Assembly: GCA_002269645.1 (NCBI GenBank) | Contig: NIVC01004036.1 | Location: 1 to 63,613, forward strand | DNA from: Macrostomum lignano | Taxonomy: Eukaryota | Direction: 5' to 3' | DNA: 63,613 nt | Part shown: piece after piece, positions 1-13,085 of the stretch | Layout of the letters: the number at the start of each line of letters is the position of its first letter | Numbering within the stretch: the stretch's first letter is position 1 | The notes under the pieces: model-generated | What the model saw: only the letters and a program-made list of their open reading frames with translations | Database searches by the model: none | What the model was told of the DNA's origin: nothing | Made by a program: the position numbers and the translations under genes

Positions 1-19
1 AAGACCAGGAGACAGAAAC

Positions 20-600
20 AGACAGACAGTCGGACACAAAGCAACGTAGAGACACATACCTTGAGACACATACAAACAAAAAAAGGACAGAGTCAAAAAC
101 ACAGACAGGCAAGCAGACACAGACAGTCAGACACAGAAAGCCAGACACAGACAGTCAGACACAGGCAGACGGACACAGACAAACGGACACAGACAAACGG
201 ACACATACAATCAGACACAGAGAGGCAGACAGACAGACAAAAAGACACAGACAAGCAGACACAGGCAGGCGGACACAGACAATCAGACACAGAAAGGCAG
301 ACAGACAGACATAGACACACACACAGAGGCAGACAGACACAGAAAGGCAGACACAGAAAGGCAGACATAGACAAACAGACGGACAGGCAGACACAGACAG
401 ACAGACAGACAGCGGACACAGACAGGCAGGCATAGACAAGCAAACACAGAAAGGCAAACACAGAAAGGCAAACACATAAAGACAGACACAGACAGGCGGA
501 CACAGACAGGCGCGACACAGACAGGCGGACACAGACAGGCGGACACAGATTACCCCGGCAGTAAGAGAACGAACACAAGAGAACAGGACAGAAAAACAGA
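20..600. repeat. Degenerate GACA/CAGA-rich microsatellite
   Basis: Runs of cagaca/gacaga throughout. ORFs on both strands are low complexity (QTDRQT, LSVCL). Confidence 0.9.
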
Positions 601-2414
601 CAAGATGCAGAGTGAGATACTGGGTATATATATTGGGTAACAAGAAGCCGCAGAGCAAAGCCACAGGAGAAGGCAAGCCCAATGCCCAGGCTAATTAATT
701 ACAGCTAAGGCCGGGGCCAGCCAGTGGGTTGGCATCGCCTCGCAACATTTTGATTTATTAGTTCGAAGATGCGAGCGGCAGAGCCCCGGCGCCCCCTGAC
801 GGGCCTTTAGCCATCATTTTTGCTATATAAAGAGGATTCTAGCAGCGCTTCTTCGCCAGCAAAGATTCGAGCTTCGGGTTGGCAAGAATCTCCCCTGCAG
901 ACGGAATACCGCATGAAACACGGGGTATGGGGGGGCGAGGGTAGTCGGTATTGGTATTACCTGGTAGTAGTCGCAGATCTATATACAGCTTTAAAAAACA
1001 CAAGCCAGATAGGCAGAGCGCTGACAGGTTCAACACAGACCGCTCGGGGATAATCTTCCCCTTTATCCCACCTTCTCCACCTGCTTGGAGAGAAACTTAA
1101 CCTAAGGTAGCCACGGCCCCATTCTCTCTTCAGTTACCAACAAAAAACCTATTGGCAACTGTAGCAGTAGGGTAAAGAGCTACAGAAACACGGCGCAGGT
1201 AGCTGGTAGAATGGGGTTGGGAGACCAGGATAGCGTTAGTCAGGCTACAGCCTTATCCCATATAGGGAAGGATATATCAAGATAAGGCCAAAGCAGTGAA
1301 TGCAGGATAGGAGAGCGCGAGGCAGGGAGAGAGAGGAGAGAGATATAGGGAGAGAAGGAAGCTGGCGTATGCGATGACGCCTCCTCCACCATCCGACAAA
1401 GGAAATGGCCAGCACCGCTGCTTTGGATTCTAGGTGGAGTGGGACGTTTTGAGTTGTAGGGGTGTGTGTGTATATATCCACATGTTACGTAATACTCAGG
1501 CCGACCCTTGTTTTGGCTCAATGACCCGCCCGTGCGCATTGAGAATCCTAACGGAAGGCATTCTGCGATGATATTTTTTGGAGAGAGAGAGAGATGTTAG
1601 CTAGAGTTCAATAGCCCAGGTTGTATCAAACAAGAGGCTTGGCCGGGTGCCCACAGCCATGCCGTCAGCCTCCCATCTGTCTCATCCTAAACTGATCAGA
1701 ACAGAGGTGGGCCAACATCCGTCATCTCTATTTCTTTCATTAACGTCCAGCGACCGCTCTATTCCCCCCCCCCATCAAACCGCTGTCCCTCGCTCGCAAC
1801 AGTCGATCCTTGGGGAGTAATTTAAAGAATTATTTTTCACCAGAGCCTCAAAGCCAGCAGGGGGCTGGCTGGTCAAGGATATTGTTATGCAAAGTAGCAG
1901 TGCCGAGGGGGGAATCGCTCTCGCCATCATAAATTCAACATTCAGCTCTTGGCCCCTTGGCTTTGGACAGCGGCCAAAAAAAGTTGAGCTCCTTTCCGAT
2001 CGCTTCGGCCCAACCCATCCCAAGTCCAAGTTGATGAAGGCGGAACAGAACAGGGCATTGCAGCATCCTTTTTCGAAGAACCGCTCTCTAGAAGAGAATA
2101 TTGCTCAATTATAGCTTCAAAGAAAGCCAGAGAAAGAGAAAAAAGTGGACCCTTAGCGACAAGAAGTTTTTTGCTCAACACTCACGCCGGCTGCCCGCCC
2201 CCTTTTGCTCCACTTTGAATTAACGGGCGGGTTCTCTGTGAGGACAGATGCGAATGAGGAAAAGATGAAAGATAAGAGATTTTCTTATCTAATACAAAAA
2301 GCAAAAACTACCATGCTTAAAGCGAAACTTTTTTAACTGACTTCCATACGAATTTTACAAAAAATCGATGCCACCCTTACAGCTGCTTGTTAGATCCTAT
2401 AAGTAAATGGTCTG

Positions 2415-2920
2415 TCAGACACGAAATACCTGTCAGACCCTGTTAAATACCTGTCAGACCCGGTAAAATATCTGTCAGACCCCGTTAAATACCTTGTCAG
2501 ACCCTTTGAAATACCTGTCAGCCTCTGTAAAATACCTGTCAAACCCTGTTAAATACCTGTCAGCCTCTGTAAAATACCTGTCAGCCTCTGTAAAAAACCT
2601 GTCAGCATCTATAAAATGTGTCACATCCTGTTAGATACCTGTCAGCATCTATAAAATGTGTCACACCCTGTTAAATACCTGTAAAATCTGTAAAATACAT
2701 GTGAAACCTGCAAAATACCTGTCAGACCCTGAAAAATACCTGGCAGACTCTTAAAATGTCTGTTAAACCCTGTAAAACACCTGTCAGACCATGTAAAATA
2801 CCCATCAAATCCTTTAAAATGCCTGTCAGACTCTATAAAATATTTATTACTCTGTAAAGTACATATCAGAAACTTAAAACATCTTTCAGACTCTTAAAAA
2901 ATATATTGGACCCTGTAAAA
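2415..2920. repeat. Degenerate minisatellite, about 20-21 bp unit (aaatacctgtcagaccctgt)
   Basis: Motif acctgtcag recurs about every 20 nt and decays toward the right end. Confidence 0.8.
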
Positions 2921-3754
2921 TGGCTTTTAAACCCTTACTATACAGAGAGCACTTCATCATTAGCATACTGACATAATGGTAAAAAACAATATTCTGATTG
3001 AAGTAGTGCAACCGCCACCCCTCCGCCAATTTTCCATTTGAACAAATGGAAAGTCGCTCTAGTAACAAGGAAAAAGCTTAGACATTGCTTCAACTCAGTT
3101 TTTTTCCCGAATAGTTCTCTACAAAAAATGCCAACAGACACGCAAGTCATTTACAACAGGAAGCGGTGCAGGATTATCCATAGTAGTGTTGCGTTGTCAA
3201 AAATGACAGACAGACAGGCAGAAATTATTCGCATGCCAGTCGGGTGACGGGTGCGGAAAGCGTGACTGTATAAGCCGATATAAAGCAATTTCCGCATTGC
3301 TTTCCAGGGCAGGCTCTTAAAGCATTCATTGATTGCTGGCTGGAATGGCTTTAGCCTCGGCTGAGACTCTTCTACTTTAAATTACTTTTAAGCAGGGCGA
3401 AAGTGGAGCGACTGAAAGCCGCGGCAGAAATAAGAATGAGGAAGAGAATGACACTTTGAAGGACGGGGTTTAGAAAACTGGGATCTAAAGGCATTACGTC
3501 ATCGATTCTGCGTCTTTGCGTGCATCGCTTCTATTTGCTTTTGCCCTGCTTTCGCGCCTTATTCCCCGTCCAGCCACTCTGCGCCAGAGTTTTCGACACC
3601 TAGGCGTGCTTGTTTGAGCTTGAAGAATTTGCAACCATTTTTGTTGCCAGATCAAGGTGTGCATGACGCGAAAGCAGAGCAAAGATCTACAGATCGATTT
3701 GTTTGCAAACAACTACAAGAAGTCTTGCAAGCGCAGACAGTGGGGAAAAGAGGG

Positions 3755-6115
3755 ACAGGGTGAGTGAGGGAGAGTCAGAGGGAGGAGGGGATAGTCAAAG
3801 TTACAGGAGGGAGAGTCAGAGTGACAGGAGGGGAGAGTCAGAGTGACAGGGGAGAGACAGGACAGGAGACAGGAGGGGAGAGACAGGAGTGGAGAGTCAG
3901 AGTGACGGGAGGGGAGAGTCAGAATGAGAGGAGGGGAGAGTCAGAGTGACAGGATGGGGAGAGTCAGAGTGATGGAGGGGAGAGTCGGAGGGAGAGGAGG
4001 GGATAGTCAAAGTGACAGGAGGGAGAGTCAGAGTGACAGGAGGGGAGAGTCAGAATGAGAGGAGGGGATAGTCAAAGTTACAGGAGGGAGAGTCAGAGTG
4101 ACAGGAGGGGAGAGTCAGAGTGACAGGGGAGAGACAGGACAGGAGACAGGAGGGGAGAGACAGGAGTGGAGAGTCAGAGTGACAGGAGGGGAGAGTCAGA
4201 ATGAGAGGAGGGGAGAGTCAGAGTGACAGGATGGGGAGAGTCAGAGTGATAGGAGGGGAGAGTCGGAGGGAGAGGAGGGGATAGTCAAAGTGACAGGAGG
4301 AGAGTCAGAGTGACAGGAGGGGAGAGTCAGAATGAGAGGAGGGGAGAGTCAGAGTGACAGGATGGGGAGAGTCAGAGTGACAGGAGGGGAGAGTCAGAAT
4401 GAGAGGAGGGCAGAGTCAGAGTGAGAGGAGGGGAGAGTCAGAGGGAGAGGAGGGGATAGTCAAAGTGACAGGAGGGAGAGTCAGAGTGACAGGAGTGGAG
4501 AGTCAGAGCGAGAGGGGAGAGACAGGACAGGAGACAGGAGGGGAGAGACAGGAGTGGAGAGTCAGAGTGACAGAAGGGGAGAGTCAGAGGGAGAGGAGGG
4601 CAGAGTCAGAGTGACAAGAGGGGAGAGTCAGAGTGACAGGAGGGGAGAGTCAGAGTGAGAGGAGGGGAGAGTCAGGGTGACAGGAGGGGAGAGTGAGGGT
4701 GACAGGAGGGGAGAGTCAGGGTGACAGGAGGGGAGAGTCAGGGTGACAGGAGGGGATAGTCAAAGTGACAGGAGGGGAGAGTCAGAGTGACAGGAGGGGA
4801 GAGTCAGAGTGACAGGATGGGGAGAGTCAGAGTGATAGGAGGGGAGAGTCGGAGGGAGAGGAGGGGATAGTCAAAGTGACAGGAGGGAGAGTCAGAGTGA
4901 CAGGAGGGGAGAGTCAGAATGAGAGGAGGGAGAGTCAGAGTGACAGGATGGGGAGAGTCAGAGTGACAGGAGGGGAGAGTCAGAATGAGAGGAGGGCAGA
5001 GTCAGAGTGAGAGGAGGGGAGAGTCAGAGGGAGAGGAGGGGATAGTCAAAGTGACAGGAGGGAGAGTCAGAGTGACAGGAGTGGAGAGTCAGAGCGAGAG
5101 GGGAGAGACAGGACAGGAGACAGGAGGGGAGAGACAGGAGTGGAGAGTCAGAGTGACAGAAGGGAGAGTCAGAGGGAGAGGAGGGCAGAGTCAGAGTGAC
5201 AAGAGGGGAGAGTCAGAGTGACAGGATGGGAGATTCAGAGTGACAGGAGGGAGAGTCAGAGTGAGAGGAGGGGAGAGTCAGGGTGACAGGAGGGGAGAGT
5301 GAGGGTGACAGGAGGGGAGAGTCAGGGTGACAGGAGGGGAGAGTCAGGGTGACAGGAGGGGATAGTCAAAGTGACAGGAGGGGAGAGTCAGAGTGACAGG
5401 AGGGGAGAGTCAGAGTGACAGGATGGGAGAGTCAGAGTGACAGGATGGGAGAGTCAGAGTGACAGGATGGGAGAGTCAGAGGGAAAGGAGGGGAGAGTCA
5501 GAGTGACAGGATGGGAGAGTCAGAGGGAAAGGAGGGCAGAGTCAGAGTGACAGGAGGGAGAGTCAGAGTGACAGGAGGGGAGAGTCAGAGTGACATGAGG
5601 GGAGAGTCAGAGTGACAGGAGGGCAGAGTCAGAGTGACAGGAGGGGAGAGTCAGAGTGACAGGAGGGGAGAGTCAGAGTGACAGGAGGGGAGAGTCAGAG
5701 TGACAGGAGGGGAGAGTCAGAGTGACAGGAGGGCAGAGTCAGAGTGACAGGAGGGGAGAGTCAGAGTGAGAGGAGGGGAGAGTCAGAGTGACAGGAGGGG
5801 AGAGTCAGAGTGACAGGAGGGGAGAGTCAGAGTGACAGGAGGGGAGAGTCAGAGTGACAGGAGGGGAGAGTCAGAGTGACAGTATGGGAGAGTCAGAGGG
5901 AAAGGAGGGCAGAGTCAGAGTGACAGGAGGGGAGAGTCAGAGTGACAGGAGGGGAGAGTCAGAGTAAGAGGGGAGAGTCAGAGTGACAGGAGGGGAGAGT
6001 CAGAGTGACAGGAGGGGAGAGTCAGAGTGACAGGAGGGGAGAGTCAGAGTGACAGGAGGGGAGAGTCAGAGTGACAGGAGGGGAGAGTCAGAGTAAGAGG
6101 GGAGAGTCAGAGTCA
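3755..6115. repeat. Purine-rich minisatellite, about 22 bp unit (gacaggaggggagagtcagagt)
   Basis: Near-perfect units at 5600-6090, with larger duplicated variant blocks on the left. Confidence 0.95.
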
Positions 6116-6183
6116 GGGAGATACAGGCAGAAAATGAAGGAGGCAGATGGGGCGCCCAATGCCAGCCAGCATCCGCAGCTCAC

Positions 6184-6382
6184 CGGAGTCATAATCAGAC
6201 GAAGGTGACGAACAGCTTGAACTATTAAAATCGTCCTGAAGGTCCGTGGGAGGCGCTGAGACCACCCAGTGCACGCTGGGCCGCCGCCTACCGTTGCCAG
6301 TTGCTTGGGCGGCAAGATCAAAGCGGGTGCACTTTAGCCTGGCGTGCTGGCCTAGCGGCTGAGCTGTAGTACTGTTGAGCAT
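6184..6382 (-). CDS. Candidate coding exon of an unidentified gene (MLNSTTAQ...SSPSSDYDS)
   Basis: ATG at 6382, acceptor gtgcgcag 12 nt upstream (intron end 6395), donor G|GTGAGC at 6183, open frame. No recognisable domain. Confidence 0.25.
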
Positions 6383-7269
6383 GACCGCCGCCAGCTGCGC
6401 ACAGTCACGGTGTGCTCAAACACGCAGACAACAAAGATAATTCGGGGAGAAATCAATCAATCTATCCCATGTCTGGGGATTCAGCGAAATTCAGCCTCGA
6501 TTTCTTTATTATTTCGGAATCCAATTAGGGGGGGTGGGGTTTGTTCGATTTAATCGGCAAAGATCAAACGAACTAAATTTAGTAACTTCTGTGTTCACAG
6601 CTGCAATACAGATTTGAAAGCCTAATATATAAATAAGACTAAAAGTTAGGAGAGAGCTGGGGTGGCACTTGGGCATTCATGTCTAAGATAGGCAAACTTG
6701 TGCATTCAAGCTCTGCTCTGATCCGGGCCAATAGGCGGCCGGGACCAATCAGAAGCCGCTCGGAATCATTTAAATCAGACTATTCATAGAAGCCGCAATT
6801 CCATTCAATTGAGTGCATTTAACGCATGCACTCACTCACTCCCCAGTTGCATTGTAAACTGTTTGGGGGCGCGGCAGGAATGCCTTTAAATAAAACAGCT
6901 TATTCATTGTTTGAAAACCGAGTGCAAAATGAGTGTTAGCTTGGTAGCTAAGCATAACCTAACAATGGTACACTTTCATCACCTCCAGTTAATTATAAGG
7001 CAGGATAATGACACCGCCAACAAATAATTGGGCTTTAATAAACTTAAGTCTAAAGGGATGGGAATGCTCAATATTCAGCAAAAATTTGGTGGACAGAGAA
7101 ATGGTTCCGGATTTTTATCTCAAAGAATTTGGTTGCATTTTCGTTGAAACTGCGATCAGTTTCAGCTTTTCGGGTAGCTGTTGGTCTTTGTTATTTTAGA
7201 CGGACACTATTAACAGACATAGACGGACAAAGACAGATACACAAGGACACAAAGAGGGACACGGACGGC

Positions 7270-7915
7270 CAGTGACCAACACAGACGGTCACAAACACCC
7301 ACACAGAGACCAACACAGACGGTCACAAAGACATAACAGTGACCAACACAGATGGTCACAAAAACCCACACAGTGATTAACACAGACGGTCACAATGACC
7401 GACACAGTGATCAACATAGGCGGTCACAAAGACCCACACAGAGACCAACACAGACGGTCACAATGACCGACACAGTGACCAATACAGACGGTCACAAAGA
7501 CTCACACAATGACCAACACAGACGGTCACATTGACCGACACAGTGACCAACACAGATGGTCACAAAGACCGACACAGAGACCAACACAGACGGTTACAAA
7601 GACTCACACAGTGACCAACACAGACGGTCACATTGACCGACACAGTGACCAACACAGATGGTCACAAAGACCGACACAGAGACCAACACAGACGGTCACA
7701 AACACCCACACAGAGACCAACACAGACGGTCACAAAGACATAACAGTGACCAACACAGATGGTCACAAAGACCCACACAGAGACCAACACAGACGGTCAC
7801 AATGACCGACACAGTGACCAATACAGACGGTCACAATGATCGACACAGAGACCAACACAGACGGTCACAGAGACCGACACAGAAACCAACACAGATATTC
7901 ACAAAGACCGACACA
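7270..7915. repeat. Minisatellite, about 33-34 bp unit (gaccaacacagacggtcacaaagacccacacaga)
   Basis: gaccaacacagacggtcaca recurs about 19 times. Confidence 0.9.
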
Positions 7916-8004
7916 GACTGCACAGCACAGCTATCACTAGCCAGATCTTTGTTTACCTTTCTCCATCATTCCCCTCCGATAGCTATCCAAGCCAAAAACG
8001 GACA

Positions 8005-8018
8005 GTTGCCATAACAAC
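8005..8018. promoter_or_regulatory. RFX X-box motif GTTGCCATAACAAC
   Basis: Exact match to the X-box consensus GTHNYYATRRNAAC. Confidence 0.45.
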
Positions 8019-9034
8019 AAGCATCCGCTGGGCGTCAGTTTAAATTGCACAGCTTCAATTGTCCACCAAGGCCAGTAGTCCAATGCATAAAATTGTTATT
8101 ACGCATAGGCGGTAGACCCAACAGCAAGGATACAAATGACAAGTTTATATACAGATATATTGCAAGCATTTATACAACCCTCCAAGCTAAGCCAGACTGA
8201 CAAGGAGGCACGAACAAGTCGACAGGCCCATAGGGCTTGCACAACCCTGTCGATCTGTATAGCTAGCAAAAAGTCTCACTTAGAAACAGTATATATATAT
8301 GGGGCAGCTCAATTGGCGCACGGGGGCCACCGCCAAGATCGGACACGCTTGCCTAGACCTTATAGCCCAGGCCTTACACAGCTGATGACGTAACTCAGTA
8401 GGCCCTATACATGTATACTATAAGAAAGACGATTCAACACACACACACACACACACACAAGCACGTCAAAAAGCCCGCTGGGGTAGAGATGTGTTGGGAA
8501 TGACAAGCGAACGAGAGAGAAAGAGAGAGAGAGAGGAGATTCCTTTCCAATTGAATAGACGGAGCAATGGGTCGCATGGTTGAAAGCGGAGAAACCGGCA
8601 TTGGGGGGAAGAGGAAGTGGGAAAAGATAAAGTGGGAGAGAGTGAAATTACACGGACACAATAGACGGCGGCCCGCATAAAGGGTAAGGGCGGTTGAAAA
8701 AAATCGACAAGGCCAAAATGCAATTCAGATCGGAAGGAACTAAAGCAGGGCGACACTGGGAGGTCGTGCAATGCAAGCCAGCCATATTTACACCGCCTCC
8801 CCCAATCAAAACATAACAGCAGGCACCGGTGGACAGGTGCTGACTTTCCATATAGCTGAGGTATAAACTAGACAGCGGAGCGCAAATAGTCGTGGGAATT
8901 CAATTGAAGATGCGTACTGAAGAAATGACATATAAATAAGATTCAATTACACAGACTGCATTGCTGTGCGTCACCTTTGCACCTATGGGAGCAAATATAC
9001 GGAACTCTATGGATATGAGAATGAGAGTATAGCT

Positions 9035-10128
9035 GAAGGTAGATGAGAATTATGCAGATAGAATGAGAGCACAGCTCAAGATGGACGAGAATCATGCAGA
9101 TAGAATGAGAGCACAGCTCAAGATGGACGAGAATCATGCAGATAGAATGAGAGCACAGCTCAAGATGGATGAGGATCATGCAGATAGAATGAGAGCACAG
9201 CTCAAGATGGACGAGAATCATGCAGATAGAATGAGAGCACAGCTCAAGATGGATGAGGATCATGCAGATAGAATGAGAGCACAGCTCAAGATGGACGAGA
9301 ATCATGCAGATAGAATGAGAGCACAGCTCAAGATGGATGAGAACCATGCAGATATTCTAGAATGAGAGCACAGCTCAAGATGGATGAGAATCATGAAGAT
9401 AGAATGAGAGCACAGCTCAAGATGGATGAGAATCATGAAGATAGAATGAGAGCACAGCTCAAGATGGATGAGAATCATGCAGATAGAATGAGAGCACAGC
9501 TCAAGATGGATGAGAATCATGCAGATAGAATGAGAGCACATCTCAAGATGGATGAGAATCATGCAGATAGAATGAGAGCATATCTCAAGGTAGATGAGAA
9601 TCATGCGGACAGAATGAGAGCATATCTCAAAATGGATGAGAATCATGCAGATAGAATGAGAGCACAGCTCAAGATGGATGAGAATCATGCAGATAGAATG
9701 AGAGCACAGCTCAAGATGGATGAGAACCATGCAGATAGAATGAGAGCACAGCTCAAGATGGACGAGAATCATGCAGATAGAATGAGAGCACAGCTCAAGA
9801 TGGATGAGAATCATTCAGATAGAATGAGAGCACAGCTCAAGATGGACGAGAATCATGCAGATAGAATGAGAGCACAGCTCAAGATGGATGAGAACCATGC
9901 AGATAGAATGAGAGCACAGCTCAAGATGGACGAGAATCATGCAGATAGAATGAGAGCACAGCTCAAGATGGATGAGAATCATTCAGATAGAATGAGAGCA
10001 CAGCTCAAGATGGACGAGAATCATGCAGATAGAATGAGAGCACAGCTCAAGATGAATGAGGATCATGCAGATAGAATGAGAGCACAGCTCAAGACGGATG
10101 AGAATCATGCAGATAGAATGAGAGCACA
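9035..10128. repeat. 42-bp tandem array (gatagaatgagagcacagctcaagatggatgagaatcatgca), about 26 copies
   Basis: Unit read directly. One 5-nt insertion (attct) near 9353 shifts the frame. Confidence 0.95.
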
Positions 10129-10944
10129 TAAACGTCCCGATAAAGAAAAAGTTGAAAGAAATGTCAGAAATGAAAAGACAAAACGATAATATGAAGTAAA
10201 TTAATCTTGTCCCGACAGGCCAAATAAACAGTTATTAAAACTGAGCCACTGGGACACTCCAGACGTTGCGAGACTGCTGTCAAAAATGTCATAGTTTCCA
10301 CCCCGTAATTTCGGGTGATCGCACACAGGTAAGATATTAATGAATTGCTAAAGAAGTATAACGGGTAGTTGCAGTTCGGTGTTGCTACCTGAAGCAAGTT
10401 CTGACTTTTCAAAAAGAATTGAAATGTCACGACAAAGGTAATCTAATAATTTATGCAAACTGCTCCGCAGAAGACAGAGAGAAACAGAGTCGAAATCTAG
10501 TCTGTGAGCAGCTTCCAACTGACTTGGCTTGAAATTGATGAGAGCTGCCTGGCATCTGCGGTTTCTATGCCGGGCTGCTCCCGGCTCGCGCCGCCCCCCA
10601 ATCTCAAAGTTTTATTGCGAAAGCAACAAAATTTTATTTCCCCAGATGAGAGAGAAACAGAGACAGAAGAGCTCCTACCTTTCTTGTGCCATTTTCAACA
10701 ATAAGCACAGATTAATCTTAACAGCCATATATAGCATTATGCTAGCAGTAGTAATAATATTAATAGTAGGTTTATCATCACTATGGTAACAGACACGCAG
10801 TCCTATGACAGTGCTACAATATCAAAGCTTAACGCATTTGAAAATAGAAAGAAAAAATTGGTTCCTGTCGGAAAAGCAGACACTGAATTTTATGGTCGCG
10901 CCAGAATCAAGGACACCGGGAATGACAATCTGGACAGCGTGTGG

Positions 10945-11575
10945 TGCAAAATCTTGCCTGTGGCGCTAAAATCTTGTTTGTGGCGCTAAAATCTTGTTTT
11001 TGGCGCTAAAATCTTGTTTGTGGCGCGAAAAACTTGTTTGTAGTGCTAAATCTTGTTTGTGACGCTAAAATCTTGTTTGCGGCGCTAAAATCTTGACTGT
11101 GGCGCTAAAATCTTATTTGTGGCGCTAAAATCTTGTTTTTGGCGCTAAAATCTTGTTTGTGGCGCTAAAATCTTGTTTGTAGTGCTAAATCTTGTTTGTG
11201 ACGCTAAAATCTTGTTTGCGGCGCTAAAATCTTGTTTGCGGCGCTAAAATCTTGACTGTGGCGCTAAAATCTTATTTGTGGCGCTAAAATCTTGTTTGTG
11301 GCGCTAAAATCTTGTTTGTAGTGCTAAATCTTGTTTGTGGCGCTAAAATCTTGTTTGTGACGCTAAAATCTTGTTTGCGGCGCTAAAATCTTGACTGTGG
11401 CGCTAAAATCTTATTTGTGGCGCTAAAATCTTGTTTGTGGCGCTAAAATCTTGTTTGTAGTGCTAAATCTTGTTTGTGACGCTAAAATCTTGTTTGCGGC
11501 GCTAAAATCTTGACTGTGGCGCTAAAATCTTGCCTGTGGCGCTAAAATCTTGACTGTGGCGCTAAAATCTTGTCT
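10945..11575. repeat. 20-bp tandem array (tggcgctaaaatcttgtttg) with 139-bp higher-order period
   Basis: A 19-bp variant tagtgctaaatcttgtttg starts at 11041, 11180, 11319 and 11458. Confidence 0.95.
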
Positions 11576-12289
11576 TCTCGACTTATTGAATCTTGAAATG
11601 TTTATTTTGCCAAAATCCAACAAAAAAGGGGACAATGTTTTTAAATGCCTATAAACAGTAAAAAAGTAGTCTGAATTTCTACAAATAAGGCTGCAAATGT
11701 ATTATTGCGGCTATAAACAACACTAATGCCAGTTTCACTTGACTCTTCTCAGTCCAGACTCCAGTACCAGCATAAGCGCAGGCCGTAGCCCGCAAAAACG
11801 CAGTTAATTACCCTTTACCGCCAGCCGGGAGTCTCGGTAGCATATGTATTCTAGATACAGACAGACAGACATGCAGACAGATCGGCATAAGAATTTTGCA
11901 AACCACCAAAAAGGCAGCGGAGTCAAATTTTTGCACTGGGCGTCTCAGACCGTCTATCTGCCCACTCTAAAACACCGATAACCCTATGATAGGTTTATTT
12001 GCAAGAGTCGGAAATTAAATACAGTCTAAGCACTTAATTTGCACCTAAGTAATACAGTAATATTCTGCTATAGTTGCTGATTTTTATTGCAGATAAACGA
12101 TATGGCTAGGTTTGTCTTATGCGGGATTAGAGATGTGGAAGGAAAAAAATAGGGGGGGGGATGGGGGATAAGAAAATGCGAATTGGGAAACTGGAAATGA
12201 ACGAAAGTAAGATAGGAAACAGGAAACGGAGAATGGGGTATGAGAAAATGGGATATTGGGAGATGGAATATTGTAAGTTTTGAAATGGA

Positions 12290-13085
12290 AAGATTATATA
12301 TGGAAATATGGGAAATGGAAGATGAGATATTGGAAGATAGGGTATTGGAAGATGAGATATGGGAAGATGGGATATGGGAAGATGGGATATGGGAATATGG
12401 GATATGGGAAGATGAGATATGGGAAGATGGGATATGGGAAGATGGGATATGGGAAGATGAGATATGGGAAGATGGGATATGGGAAGATGGGATATGGGAG
12501 ATGGGAAATGGGAAGATGGGATATGGGATATGGGAAGATGGGATATGGGAAGATGGGATATGGCAAGATGGGATATGGGAAGATGGGATATGGGAAGATG
12601 GGATATGGGAGATGGGAAATGGGAAGATGGGATATGGGAAGATGGGATATGGGATATGGGAAGATGGGATATGGAAAGATGGGATATGGGAAGATGGGAT
12701 ATGGGAAGATGGATATGGGAAGATGGATATGGGAAGATGGGATATGGGAAGATGGGATATGGGATATGGGAAGATGGGATATGGGAAGATGGGATATGGG
12801 ATATGGGATATGGGAAGATGGGATATGGGAAGATGGGATATGGGAAGATGGGATATGGGAAGATGGGATATGGGAAGATGGGATATGGGAAGATGGGATA
12901 TGGGAAGATGGGATATGGGAAGATGGGATATGGGAAGATGAGATATGGGAAGATGGGATATGGGAAGATGGGATATGGGAAGATGGGATATGGGAAGATG
13001 GGATATGGGAAGATGGGATATGGGAAGATGGGATATGGGAAGATGGGATATGGGAAGATGGGATATGGGAAGATGGGATATGGGA
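12290..13085. repeat. 15-bp tandem array (atgggaagatgggat)
   Basis: Homogeneous at 12820-13080. It produces the GIWED / YPIFP / MGYGK ORFs. Confidence 0.95.
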
